The position numbers were made by a program, and so were the translations under genes. This document shows, one piece after another, positions 1 to 8,113 of a DNA stretch of 45,397 bases. The stretch covers positions 1-45,397 of the forward strand of contig JAYRND010000372.1 in NCBI GenBank assembly GCA_041904885.1, in the 5' to 3' direction. A model generated the notes under the pieces. The model ran no database searches and was not told the origin of the DNA. It worked only from the letters and a program-made list of their open reading frames with translations. Each line of letters opens with the position of its first letter. Position 1 is the stretch's first letter. The DNA is from Burkholderiales bacterium. GTDB lineage: Bacteria; Pseudomonadota; Gammaproteobacteria; Burkholderiales; SG8-39.

Positions 1-1
1 G

Positions 2-82
2 CTGGTGCCGCTGCTCCTGATGCTCGGCCTGTGCACCTATGTGCCGCAGATCGTGCTCTGGCTGCCGCGCCAGTTCTTCTGA
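2..82 (+). CDS. C-terminal fragment of a membrane permease, probably the TRAP transporter large subunit (DctM family). The 5' end lies outside the window.
   Basis: The frame is open from the window edge to TGA 80-82. It encodes the hydrophobic tail LVPLLLMLGLCTYVPQIVLWLPRQFF, and acid-sugar catabolic genes follow immediately. Confidence 0.4.
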   Translation: MVPLLLMLGLCTYVPQIVLWLPRQFF

Positions 83-85
83 CCG

Positions 86-1126
86 CTGCGCCGGGTCCTG
101 ATCCTCGCCGATGACCTGACCGGCGCCGCCGACAGCGCCGCCGCCTTCCTCGGCCGCACGCGATCCATATCGGTCCTCCTCGATCGCGCCGGCCGCGGCG
201 ATGCCGAGATCGTCGCGCTGGACCTCGACACCCGTTCCAAGTCCGAAAGAACGGCGCGCAGGATCGTCCGGCAGGCCTTCTTGCGCCCTTCGGCGAGGCA
301 TGCGGACATCCTCTTCAAGAAGATTGACTCCACCTTGCGCGGGCATGTCGCGGCCGAGCTGGGAGCTGCAGGACGCGCCCTCGCCCGCCGGCCCGTGGTC
401 TTCGCGCCGGCATTCCCGGCGCAGGGTCGCCAGGTCCGCGATGCGGTGCTGACATTGCGCGGCAAGCCGCTTTCGGGCGACCTGCGCGCGCTGCTCGCCG
501 GAGCGGGCCTGCCGGCTTCGCATCTTCCGGTCGCGTCGCCAGCCGGCATGCGCGCGGCCCTTGCCGCCGGCGCGCGCGCCTTTGTCTGCGACGCGGCCAC
601 CGATCTGGACCTCGACCGCATCGCGCGCGCGGGGCTCGCGCTCCGGCCCCGGCCGCTCTTCGTAGGCTCGGCAGGCCTTGCGCGTGCACTCGCTCGCACC
701 CAGCCGCGCAAGCGCGGCGCGCCGGCACCCAGGACTGTGGCGCGTCCAGTGCTGACCGTCGTCGGTAGCGCATCGCCCGTCTCTCAGCGCCAGGCCGACG
801 CGCTGGGCGCAGGCGACCCGCTCGTGCGCCTCGACTGGCGGCGCGCGCCCGAAGAGCGCGACATTTCGAAGATCCGCAAGCTCGGGCACATCCTCGTCCG
901 CGCCGCGCCCGACGTCCATTACGTCCTGACGGGCGGCGAGACGGCGCGCGCGGTGCTCGTCGCGCGCGGCATCCGCGTGCTGCGGCTGCTTGGCGAGGTC
1001 GAGCCGGGCGTACCATTCGGCATGGCGCGCGACGGCACATTGGTCTGCACCAAGGCGGGCGGTTTCGGGTCTGCCGGCACGCTCGTGCGCTGCGTTGCGC
1101 GGCTGAGGAAGGAAATGCGGCGATGA
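86..1126 (+). CDS. Four-carbon acid sugar kinase family protein (DUF1537, OtnK/DtnK-like). The start codon is uncertain and CTG 86 is proposed.
   Basis: Family motifs are present: ILADDLTGAADS near the N-terminus, KKIDSTLRGH, FAPAFPAQGR, VGSAG, VVGSASPVSQRQ, LTGGETA and TKAGGFG. The stop overlaps the pdxA start (ATGA at 1123-1126). The track ORF starting at 281 would remove the conserved N-terminal motif. Confidence 0.8.
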   Translation: MRRVLILADDLTGAADSAAAFLGRTRSISVLLDRAGRGDAEIVALDLDTRSKSERTARRIVRQAFLRPSARHADILFKKIDSTLRGHVAAELGAAGRALARRPVVFAPAFPAQGRQVRDAVLTLRGKPLSGDLRALLAGAGLPASHLPVASPAGMRAALAAGARAFVCDAATDLDLDRIARAGLALRPRPLFVGSAGLARALARTQPRKRGAPAPRTVARPVLTVVGSASPVSQRQADALGAGDPLVRLDWRRAPEERDISKIRKLGHILVRAAPDVHYVLTGGETARAVLVARGIRVLRLLGEVEPGVPFGMARDGTLVCTKAGGFGSAGTLVRCVARLRKEMRR

Positions 1127-2076
1127 CGAGGCTCCCGGTCGTCGGCATCACGATGGGGGATCCCGCGGGCGTCGGGCCCGAGGTGATCGTCAAGGCGCTC
1201 GCGCACCGCGAGGTGCATGCATTCTGCCGGCCGCGCGTGATCGGCGACCGCAAGCGACTCGAGAAGGCGGCAACGATCGCGCGCACGAAGACGGAAAACC
1301 TCGACTGCATCGACATGGGCCTGGTGCCCGAAGACCTGCCCTTCGGCAAGGTCTCCGCCGCCGCGGGCGAAGCGGCCTACCGCTACATCGAGCGCGCGGT
1401 GCGGCTCGCCCTCGATCGCGAGATCGACGCCATCTGCACCGGGCCCATCAACAAGGAAGCGCTGAACGCCGCGGGCCACCGCTACCCCGGGCACACCGAG
1501 CTGCTCGCCAGGCTGACCGGCACGGCGGAGGTTTCCCTCACGCTGCTCTCGCCGAAGCTGCGCGTGATCCACGTCACGGCGCACATCGGACTGTTGGACG
1601 CCATCGAAAGGATCGACGCGCCGCTCGTAGAGCGCACGATCGCACGGGGCCGGGATCTGCTCGTGCGTTCGGGAATGAAGGATCCGCGCATCGGCGTCTG
1701 CGGAATCAATCCGCATGCGGGCGAAGGCGGCCTGTTCGGCCGCGGCGAGGAAGAAGGAAAGATCCTTCCAGCGATCAAGGCCGCGACGGCGCGCGGCTGG
1801 AAAGTGGACGGGCCATTGCCCGCCGACAGCCTGTTTTACCTCGCCGCGCGCGGCGACTACGACCTGGTGGTGGCGATGTACCACGACCAGGGCCACGGGC
1901 CGGTCAAGGCGCTGGGCCTGGAGCAAGGGGTCAACGTCACGGCTGGCCTGCCCATCGTACGCACCTCGGTCGACCACGGCACCGCGTTCGATATCGCCGG
2001 CACCGGCAAGGCAGACGAGCGCAGCATGGTCGAGGCGTTGCGGCAGGCCGCGGCGCTGGCGCCGCGCTACCATTGA
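1123..2076 (+). CDS. pdxA: PdxA-family NAD-dependent dehydrogenase. It is probably the PdxA2 type (4-phospho-threonate/erythronate dehydrogenase) rather than the vitamin B6 enzyme.
   Basis: Motifs include ITMGDPAGVGPEV, GHTELLA, GINPHAGEGG, MYHDQGH and VRTSVDHGTAFDIAGTGKAD. It is translationally coupled to the DUF1537 kinase gene. Confidence 0.9.
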   Translation: MTRLPVVGITMGDPAGVGPEVIVKALAHREVHAFCRPRVIGDRKRLEKAATIARTKTENLDCIDMGLVPEDLPFGKVSAAAGEAAYRYIERAVRLALDREIDAICTGPINKEALNAAGHRYPGHTELLARLTGTAEVSLTLLSPKLRVIHVTAHIGLLDAIERIDAPLVERTIARGRDLLVRSGMKDPRIGVCGINPHAGEGGLFGRGEEEGKILPAIKAATARGWKVDGPLPADSLFYLAARGDYDLVVAMYHDQGHGPVKALGLEQGVNVTAGLPIVRTSVDHGTAFDIAGTGKADERSMVEALRQAAALAPRYH

Positions 2077-2092
2077 TCGCAGGAGGAAGCGC

Positions 2093-3607
2093 ATGCTCCA
2101 GGCCGCCGAACTCACCATCCGACTCAACACCGCCGACGACGTGGTCATCGCGCGCGTGGATCTTGCCGCCGGCACCACGCTGGTGAAGGAAAGAAACCTC
2201 GCCGTCGCCACGCGAGTGCCCGCGGGGCACAAGGTCGCGGTGCGCGACGTCAAGGCGGGGCAGCCGGTGCGCCGCTACAACCAGATCATCGGCTTCGCCA
2301 CGCGCGACATACGCGCGGGCGAGCATGTGCATGTCCAGAACCTCGCCATGGGGGATTTCGAGAGGGACTATTCCTTCTCAACGGATCAGAAGCCCACGCA
2401 ATACATAGACCCCCAGGCAACATTCCAGGGCATCGTACGACCCGACGGCCGGGTCGCGACGCGCAACTACATCGGCATCCTCACCAGCGTGAACTGCTCG
2501 GCGACGGTGGCGCGCCACATCGCGCGCCATTTCGAGAACCGGCTGGATGACTATCCGAACGTGGACGGCGTAGTCGCGCTGACCCACAAGACCGGCTGCG
2601 GAATGGCGAGCGAGGGCGAGGCGACCGACGTCCTGCGGCGCACGATCGCCGGCTACGCCCGGCATCCGAACTTCTATTCCTCGCAGCTCGTCGGCCTGGG
2701 CTGCGAGGCGAACCAGGTCAACGTCCTCATTTCGTCCCAGAAGCTGAAGAACCAGTACGCATTCACCATCCAGGACAAGGGCGGGACCCGCAAAGCGGTC
2801 GAGAACGGCATTGCGCGCATCAAGGAAATCCTGCCTGAAGCGAACAAGGCGCGGCGGGTCACGGTACCCGCGAGCCATTTGATCCTCGGCTTGCAGTGCG
2901 GGGGCTCGGACGGCTACTCGGGCATCAGCGCAAACCCCGCGCTGGGCGCGGCGGTCGACCTGCTGGTGCGCCACGGAGGAACGGCGATCCTTTCGGAAAC
3001 TCCCGAGATCTATGGTGCGGAGCACTTGTTGACCAGAAGAGCAGTTTCAAGAGAAGTGGGAGAAAAGCTCATCGCACGGATTCGCTGGTGGGAGGAGTAC
3101 ACCCGGCGCAACGGCAACGAGATGAACAACAACCCCTCGCCGGGCAACAAGGCGGGCGGCCTCACCACCATCCTGGAGAAGTCGCTCGGCGCGGTCGCCA
3201 AGGGCGGCACCACCAACCTCGTGCAGGTGCTGGAGTACGCCGAGCCGGTCACGGAAAAGGGCTTCGTCTACATGGACACGCCCGGCTACGACCCGGTGTC
3301 GGCGACCGGGCAAGTCGCCGGCGGCGCCAACCTGATTTGCTTCACGACCGGCCGCGGCTCGGCTTACGGCTGCAAGCCGGCGCCCTCCCTCAAGCTCGCC
3401 ACCAATACCGCGCTCTGGGAGCACCAGGAAGAGGACATGGATATCAACTGCGGCACCATCATCGACGGCAGGGAATCCGTCGCCGAGGTCGGGCGCCGCT
3501 TCTTCGAGCTGGTGCTGGAAACCGCCTCGGGCAGGAAGAGCAAGTCCGAGCTGTTCGGCTACGGCGAGGACGAATTCGCCCCGTGGGTGCTCGGCGCGAC
3601 GATGTAG
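2093..3607 (+). CDS. UxaA-family (altronate/galactarate dehydratase-like) hydro-lyase with an N-terminal SAF domain
   Basis: ATG 2093 is preceded by AGGAGGAAG. The SAF-like N-terminus reads DDVVIARVDLAAGT...GHKVAVRDVKAGQPVRRYNQIIG...I.AGEHVHVQN. The long C-terminal domain contains GCGM, LQCGGSDGYSG and TTGRGS. The 630-aa track ORF merely extends upstream in frame over pdxA. Confidence 0.85.
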   Translation: MLQAAELTIRLNTADDVVIARVDLAAGTTLVKERNLAVATRVPAGHKVAVRDVKAGQPVRRYNQIIGFATRDIRAGEHVHVQNLAMGDFERDYSFSTDQKPTQYIDPQATFQGIVRPDGRVATRNYIGILTSVNCSATVARHIARHFENRLDDYPNVDGVVALTHKTGCGMASEGEATDVLRRTIAGYARHPNFYSSQLVGLGCEANQVNVLISSQKLKNQYAFTIQDKGGTRKAVENGIARIKEILPEANKARRVTVPASHLILGLQCGGSDGYSGISANPALGAAVDLLVRHGGTAILSETPEIYGAEHLLTRRAVSREVGEKLIARIRWWEEYTRRNGNEMNNNPSPGNKAGGLTTILEKSLGAVAKGGTTNLVQVLEYAEPVTEKGFVYMDTPGYDPVSATGQVAGGANLICFTTGRGSAYGCKPAPSLKLATNTALWEHQEEDMDINCGTIIDGRESVAEVGRRFFELVLETASGRKSKSELFGYGEDEFAPWVLGATM

Positions 3608-3615
3608 CCCTGCGG

Positions 3616-4326
3616 GTGCACCGCCTGTTCGTCGATGCGGAACTCGGCGCGCTGTCCACCGTAGAGCTGCCGCAGGCGGCTGCGCACCACGCGGCGCGAG
3701 TCCTCCGGTTGGACGATGGCGAGGCGGTAGTGCTGTTCGACGGCCGCGGCGGCGAGTACGAGGCGCGCCTGGAGTTGCGCGGCGGCGGGCGTGTTTTCGC
3801 GAGGACCGGCGAGCACCGCGCGCTGGAGCGCGAGTCGCCGCTCGCGGTGACGCTGGTCCAGGCGGTCTCCTCGGCGGACAGGATGGACTTCACGGTGCAG
3901 AAGGCAGTCGAGCTTGGCGTGGGGGCCATCCACCCCGTGCTCAGCGCCCGGTCCGTTGTCCGCCTCGACGGCGAGCGCGGCGCGAAGAAGCTCGCGCACT
4001 GGCGTCGTATCGCGGTCGCGGCCTGCGAGCAATGCGGGCGCAACCGGGTTCCGGAAATTGCCGCGCCCGTCGCGCTGGAAGCGTACCGGGCTCCGGCAGG
4101 CACGAAGATCCTGCTCGCTCCCTCCGGATCGACGAAGCTCGCTGGACTAGCCAAAGGGCCCGTGATCCTCGCTGTGGGCCCGGAAGGCGGCTTCAGCCCC
4201 GAGGAGGAACAGGGATTGCTGCGCGCCGGGTTTTCGCCGGTGCGGCTTGGGCCGCGCGTGCTCAGGACGGAAACAGCGGCGCTGGCCGCACTGGCGGCGC
4301 TCAACGCGCTCGCGGGAGACTTTTAG
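3616..4326 (+). CDS. rsmE: 16S rRNA (uracil1498-N3)-methyltransferase RsmE
   Basis: The N-terminus reads HRLFVDAEL. Further motifs are VTLVQAVSSADRMDFTVQKAVELGV, CEQCGRNRVPEI, VGPEGGFSPEE and RVLRTETAALAA. GTG 3616 is chosen as the start; GTG 3583 is an alternative. Confidence 0.85.
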   Translation: MHRLFVDAELGALSTVELPQAAAHHAARVLRLDDGEAVVLFDGRGGEYEARLELRGGGRVFARTGEHRALERESPLAVTLVQAVSSADRMDFTVQKAVELGVGAIHPVLSARSVVRLDGERGAKKLAHWRRIAVAACEQCGRNRVPEIAAPVALEAYRAPAGTKILLAPSGSTKLAGLAKGPVILAVGPEGGFSPEEEQGLLRAGFSPVRLGPRVLRTETAALAALAALNALAGDF

Positions 4327-4838
4327 CTGCCGGGCTTGCCCTGCAGGCCCCGGGCGGCAAGGAACAGGTCCACCGCGATGCGGTCGCCGCGGCGCACGGC
4401 CTCGAGAAACTGCTGCTCGTCCCAATAGCGCAGGCCCATGGCATGCAGGTCCTTGCGCGCCTGCAGCGCGTCGTCCCTCGAGGGCTCGACGGCGGCGCCC
4501 GGCTGGGCCGCGGCGCGCGCCTGGTCCCGGCGAGCCAGCGTAAACAGGTCGCGGCCCAGCGCGACGATCACGCCCCTGTGCTCCGCCGGCACGTCACTCA
4601 GCATCTCGTCGACGATCCCGGTAGTGAGCCGATTCGCGTGCTCGTTGCCCCCCGACAGGATCGATTCCACGCTCTTTTGCGCCGCTGCAGGATCCGGCGA
4701 GGTCGCGGCCTGGTGCACGACCTGCTGCACCAGCGCGAGAATGCCGCCGATCAGCTTCCAGTCCTCCGCGTCTTCGGCCGCATGGGCCGCGGGCGCGCCC
4801 AGCAGCAGGGTGATAGCAAGAGCTCGGATCGCACGCAT
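4323..4838 (-). CDS. Hypothetical exported protein with a signal peptide
   Basis: An internal Met gives MRAIRALAITLLLGAPAAHAAED, a classic signal peptide ending in AHA. I recognise no family. The 3' end overlaps the rsmE stop by 4 nt. Confidence 0.5.
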   Translation of the reverse strand: MRAIRALAITLLLGAPAAHAAEDAEDWKLIGGILALVQQVVHQAATSPDPAAAQKSVESILSGGNEHANRLTTGIVDEMLSDVPAEHRGVIVALGRDLFTLARRDQARAAAQPGAAVEPSRDDALQARKDLHAMGLRYWDEQQFLEAVRRGDRIAVDLFLAARGLQGKPGS

Positions 4839-4888
4839 GGCTTCCTCCGCAAGGATTGCCCAAGAGTAACGCGGCCCGGGAAGGCGGG

Positions 4889-4916
4889 TTGACCGCCGGT
4901 CCGCGTGCCTTAGAAT
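4889..4916 (+). promoter_or_regulatory. Candidate sigma-70 promoter for argA (TTGACC-N16-TAGAAT)
   Basis: TTGACC lies at 4889-4894 and TAGAAT at 4911-4916 with a 16-nt spacer, about 30 nt upstream of the argA ATG. An AGGA Shine-Dalgarno lies at 4938-4941. Confidence 0.35.
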
Positions 4917-4945
4917 CCCTTGCAAATCAGAATCTTCAGGACCCC

Positions 4946-6265
4946 ATGAGCTCGCTGCCCCATCCGGAAGCTTTCGTGCGCTGGTTCCGCCAGGCGGCGC
5001 CCTACGTGCACGCCTTTCGCGGGCGCACTTTCGTCATCGGCTTCGGCGGCGAAGTGGTGGCCGAGCGGGCGCGCTTCGTGCGCTTCCTGCATGACCTGAA
5101 CCTGCTCGCGGCGCTCGGCATCCGCCTGGTGCTGGTGCATGGCGCGCGCCCCCAGATCGAGGCGGAACTGCGGGCCAAGCGCCAGCGCTCGCGCTACGCA
5201 AAGGGCCTGCGCATCACCGACGCCAATTCGCTGCTCGCCGTGAAGCACGCGGCCGGCGTCCTGCGCGTCGAGATCGAGGCGCTCCTGTCGCAGGGCCTGC
5301 CCAACTCGCCGATGGCGGGCGCGCAGATCCGCGTCGCCTCCGGCAACTACATTGCGGCCAAGCCCGTCGGCGTCGTCGAGGGCGTGGATTTCCAGTTCAC
5401 CGGCACGGTGCGTAAGGTGGACGCGCTGGCGATCGCGAGGCGCCTGGAAGCGGGCGAGGTCGCGCTCGTGCCGCACATCGGCTACTCGCCGACCGGAGAG
5501 GTGTTCAACCTTGCCTGGGAAGATGTCGCCGAAAGCGTGGCGCGTGCGCTGAAGGCGGACAAGCTGCTGCTGGTGGTCGACCAGCTGCCGGCGGGGCGGC
5601 GCGGGCAGATCCTTTCGGAACTGACCGCGCGCGACGCCGAGGGGCTGCTCAGGAAGGACGGCCTCGCGGCGCCGACGCGGCGGGCAATCGCGCACTCGCT
5701 CGCCGCAGTGCGGGCTGGCGTCGGCCGCGCGCACCTGGTCTCGCGCCGCGCGGAAGGAGCGACGTTGCTCGAGCTGTTCACGCATTCGGGCGCGGGCACC
5801 ATGATCACCGCGGATCCAGTGGAGAAGCTGCGGCCCGCCCGGATCGAGGATGTTGGCGGCATCATCGCCCTGATCGAGCCGCTGGAGGCGGACGGCACGC
5901 TCGTCAAGCGCAGCCGGGAGCGGCTGGAGCAGGAGATCGCGAATTTCGAGGTGATCGAGCACGACGGTAGCATCCTCGCCTGCGCCGCGCTCTATCCGTT
6001 CCCGGAAGAGAAAAGCGCGGAGCTCGCCTGCCTCGCGGTGGCGCCCGACTATCGCGACGCGGGCTACGGGGAGCGGCTGCTGCACGCGTGCGAGGCGCGC
6101 GCGCGGCAGTCGCGGATCCGCCGCGTATTCGCGCTCACGACGCGCGCGCAGCACTGGTTCATCGCGCAGGGCTTTCGCGAGGAGGACGTGGCGGTGCTGC
6201 CGGAGCAGCGGCGCGCACTTTATAATTGGAAGCGCGGTTCGAAGGTCTTCCTCAAGCGACTGTAG
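4946..6265 (+). CDS. argA: Amino-acid N-acetyltransferase (N-acetylglutamate synthase) ArgA
   Basis: [36 protein letters not shown] marks the amino-acid-kinase-like domain. The C-terminal GNAT domain contains [20 protein letters not shown]. Length from ATG 4946 is 439 aa. Confidence 0.9.
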   Translation: MSSLPHPEAFVRWFRQAAPYVHAFRGRTFVIGFGGEVVAERARFVRFLHDLNLLAALGIRLVLVHGARPQIEAELRAKRQRSRYAKGLRITDANSLLAVKHAAGVLRVEIEALLSQGLPNSPMAGAQIRVASGNYIAAKPVGVVEGVDFQFTGTVRKVDALAIARRLEAGEVALVPHIGYSPTGEVFNLAWEDVAESVARALKADKLLLVVDQLPAGRRGQILSELTARDAEGLLRKDGLAAPTRRAIAHSLAAVRAGVGRAHLVSRRAEGATLLELFTHSGAGTMITADPVEKLRPARIEDVGGIIALIEPLEADGTLVKRSRERLEQEIANFEVIEHDGSILACAALYPFPEEKSAELACLAVAPDYRDAGYGERLLHACEARARQSRIRRVFALTTRAQHWFIAQGFREEDVAVLPEQRRALYNWKRGSKVFLKRL

Positions 6266-6278
6266 GCGCGAAAACCCC

Positions 6279-6551
6279 ATGCCAAGAATGGTGAAATGCG
6301 TGAAGCTCGGCCGCGAGGCGGAAGGTCTCGACCGGCCGACCTACCCCGGCGCGCTCGGCAAGCGGATATTCGACAACGTGTCGAAGGAGGCCTGGGCGCA
6401 ATGGATCCGCCACCAGACCATGCTGGTCAACGAGAACCGGCTGAACCTCGCCGACCTCCGCGCGCGCAAGTACCTCGAAGAGCAGATGGAGAAGCACTTC
6501 TTCGGTGACGGCGCCGACGTGGCCTCGGGCTACGTGCCGCCCGCCAAGTAG
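6279..6551 (+). CDS. yggX: Fe(2+)-trafficking / oxidative damage protection protein YggX
   Basis: The 90-aa product reads [56 protein letters not shown], the typical YggX sequence. Confidence 0.9.
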   Translation: MPRMVKCVKLGREAEGLDRPTYPGALGKRIFDNVSKEAWAQWIRHQTMLVNENRLNLADLRARKYLEEQMEKHFFGDGADVASGYVPPAK

Positions 6552-6608
6552 CGTCAAGAAACGTCAGGCGGGACACCGGCGGGCCCCTTTCGGCGACAAT
6601 CCCGGCGC

Positions 6609-7415
6609 ATGTCCACCAATCCGATGGTTTACTCCCTCACCGCCGCGGGCCAGGAGGCCCTGTCGGCGAAGGACGTCGGCGACACGGAATTTCCCCTCGA
6701 GGTGGACTTCCCCTCCGATTACCGACGGCTGCTCGCCATGATCGAAGTCGGAGGCCATATCGAGGTGCTGCGAGGGCGGCTGCGCCGCTTTCCCGACCAG
6801 CTGATCAATGAGTGGCTGAAGGAGCTCGAGGAGCTCAAGCTGATCGAGTCGCGCGAGGCGGGCGACCTCGATGCCATCACCTTCACCGGCGCACGCCTGC
6901 CGCCGCTGCCGCCGCTCTCGGACGAAGACCGCAAGCGCCTCGTCAAGACCACGGTGGTCGCCGGCGCGACGCTGCTGCGCTCCGGCTCGTTCCTTTCCGG
7001 TGACCGGATCGCCAACCTTCCGCCGCTCGCGAAGACGCGTGCCGAGACGGTGATCCTGCTTGTCGAGGACGACCCCGACCAGGCGGCGCTCGCCGAGCTG
7101 AGGCTGACCATGGCCGGCTACCAGGTGCACAGCGTCGACCGCGCCAAGGCGCTGTCGCGCTACCTGCGCCAGCAGGCGCGCCCCGACCTGCTGCTGCTCG
7201 ACGTGATGCTGCCGGACGGCAACGGCTTCGACATCCTCGCCCAGTTGCGGGGCCGGCCCGAATTCTCGACGCTGCCGATCGTGCTGCTGACGGCGAAGGC
7301 CGAGCTGGTCGACATCCGCAACGGCCTCGCCCTCGGCGCCGACGGCTACATCACCAAGCCGTACAGCAAGAACCAGCTCGCCGAAGTCATCAACCACGTC
7401 CTGAAGCAGAATTGA
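6609..7415 (+). CDS. Response regulator with a C-terminal receiver domain and an uncharacterised N-terminal domain of about 125 aa
   Basis: The receiver domain reads ILLVEDDPDQ...DLLLLDVMLPDGNGFD...PIVLLTAK...GADGYITKP. The N-terminal part has no motif I can name. Confidence 0.8.
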   Translation: MSTNPMVYSLTAAGQEALSAKDVGDTEFPLEVDFPSDYRRLLAMIEVGGHIEVLRGRLRRFPDQLINEWLKELEELKLIESREAGDLDAITFTGARLPPLPPLSDEDRKRLVKTTVVAGATLLRSGSFLSGDRIANLPPLAKTRAETVILLVEDDPDQAALAELRLTMAGYQVHSVDRAKALSRYLRQQARPDLLLLDVMLPDGNGFDILAQLRGRPEFSTLPIVLLTAKAELVDIRNGLALGADGYITKPYSKNQLAEVINHVLKQN

Positions 7416-7419
7416 AGCT

Positions 7420-8103
7420 TCAGCGGTTCAGCGCTCGAAAGGCCTCTTTCGAGATCGTCCTGACCCCGTTTTCATCCCCGAGCAGCAACACGTCGGCGCC
7501 TCGGCGCGCAAAGATGCCGTTGGTAACCACGCCCGCGATGTCGTTCAGCTCGGCTTCCAGCGCAGGCGGATCGGTGATCGCCAGGCCCCAGCAGTCGAGG
7601 ATCAGGTTGCCGTTGTCGGTCTTGTAGTTCTCGCGCAGCACCGGCTGCGCCTTGCGGCGGACCATCTCGCGGCCGACGTGGCTGCGCGCCATCGGGATCA
7701 CCTCGACCGGCAGCGGGAACTTGCCCAGCACCGGGACGAGCTTGGACTTGTCGCAGATGCAGACGAAGCTGGTCGCCACCGCGGCGAGGACCTTCTCGCG
7801 CGTCAGCGCGCCGCCGCCGCCCTTGATCATGTGCAGGTGCTCGGTGACCTCGTCGGCGCCGTCGACGTAGACCGGGACTTCGGCGACCGCGTTCAGGTCG
7901 AAGACGCGAATGCCGTGCTGCTTCAGCCGCGCCGCGCTCGCCTCGGACGCCGCCACTGCGCCGTCGATGCGCCCCTTGATCGAGGCCAGCGCATCGATGA
8001 ACAGGTTGACCGTGGAGCCCGAGCCCACGCCGACCACGGCGTTCTCGACCACGTACTTCAGCGCCGCTTCGGCGACCCGCTTCTTGAGCTCGTCCTGCGT
8101 CAT
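7420..8103 (-). CDS. rpiA: Ribose-5-phosphate isomerase A
   Basis: Motifs include [32 protein letters not shown] and NLILDC. It lies 10 nt downstream of lpdA on the same strand. Confidence 0.95.
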   Translation of the reverse strand: MTQDELKKRVAEAALKYVVENAVVGVGSGSTVNLFIDALASIKGRIDGAVAASEASAARLKQHGIRVFDLNAVAEVPVYVDGADEVTEHLHMIKGGGGALTREKVLAAVATSFVCICDKSKLVPVLGKFPLPVEVIPMARSHVGREMVRRKAQPVLRENYKTDNGNLILDCWGLAITDPPALEAELNDIAGVVTNGIFARRGADVLLLGDENGVRTISKEAFRALNR

Positions 8104-8113
8104 TGCGCCGGCG

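Noticed and set aside
1715-2092. Long N-terminal extensions of several track ORFs: 1715-3607, 2896-4326, 16531-17385, 26545-28158, 38383-39981, 42969-44192, 27342-28304 and 4856-6265
   Set aside because: In each case the upstream part overlaps the neighbouring gene and is Arg/Pro-rich. An internal start restores the canonical family N-terminus, often with a Shine-Dalgarno or ATGA coupling.
4911-4934. The repeated AGAATC hexamers (4912-4917, 4929-4934) near the argA promoter, considered as an ARG-box-like operator
   Set aside because: The match to the ARG-box consensus is poor. Two 6-mers 17 nt apart are not significant on their own.
7401-7423. The hairpin CTGAAGC-N9-GCTTCAG spanning both stop codons of the convergent response-regulator and rpiA genes
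   Set aside because: It has only a 7-bp stem, a 9-nt loop and no U-tract on either strand. That is not enough to call it a bidirectional intrinsic terminator.
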